Notes under the pieces: generated by a model
The model's input: only the letters and a program-made list of their open reading frames with translations
Told to the model about the DNA's origin: nothing
The model's database searches: none
Position numbers and translations under genes: made by a program
Shown: one piece after another, positions 63,704 to 64,000 of the stretch
How positions within the stretch are numbered: position 1 is the stretch's first letter
Layout: each line of letters starts with the position of its first letter
Origin: Felis catus
Lineage: Eukaryota
DNA: 64,000 nt
Reading direction: 5' to 3'
Assembly (NCBI RefSeq): GCF_018350175.1
Contig: NC_058373.1
Coordinates: 111,478,001 to 111,542,000 of the forward strand

Positions 63704-64000
63704 AGTAACTTGGTTTTTAATGGCTAATCAGCACATAGAGATCATTGGTGCTTCCCAATGTTGTTTTCATATGGAGGGTCTCATCTTTGTTGTGTAGAGT
63801 AGGCAGATATTTAAGAAAACAGTGTTTCACGTTTATTTTCTTTAAACTTTTTAAATTAGATCTGAATTAGGCAGCTAAGAATCTTTGTTTATTTCTTAAT
63901 ACCAAACCTTAAAACTCCTGATTCAAAAGATTAAAGAAAGTAAATTGCTATCTATCACGGCTGTTATTTGCTTATCAGGAACATTAAAAAATGTAACTTA

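Noticed and set aside
1..64000. CRISPR arrays, true tRNA/rRNA genes, prokaryotic systems, intact ERV or NUMT
   Set aside because: None seen. tRNA-like boxes are SINE heads, and the repeats are mammalian interspersed or simple repeats.

Overview
AT-rich, repeat-dense mammalian genomic DNA, almost certainly from a felid, as shown by many feliform CanSINE/SINEC_Fc-type tRNA-derived SINEs and carnivore-type L1s. The only host-gene sequence is the first coding exon of FUT8 (core alpha-1,6-fucosyltransferase; exon 40219-40646, CDS 40444-40646, + strand). Everything else is inferred to be the two very large introns flanking it. Those introns hold a decayed EIF1AX-like processed pseudogene, a full-length but inactivated antisense L1, a young 5'-inverted L1 with a doubled 3' end, about 34 CanSINEs (mostly antisense), and older L1, L2, MIR, MaLR and DNA-transposon fragments. 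I see no new protein-coding system; nearly all long ORFs are repeat-derived. The most interesting observations are: a SINE carrying about 90 nt of foreign sequence inside one TSD (apparent SINE 3' transduction); a pair of inverted, near-identical SINEs bracketing the FUT8 exon, whose back-splice would give a 69-aa ORF; four uORFs in that exon; the twin-primed L1 with a doubled tail; and several rearranged SINEs and template-switch scars. Repeat subfamily names come from recalled consensus motifs, and boundaries of old repeats are approximate.
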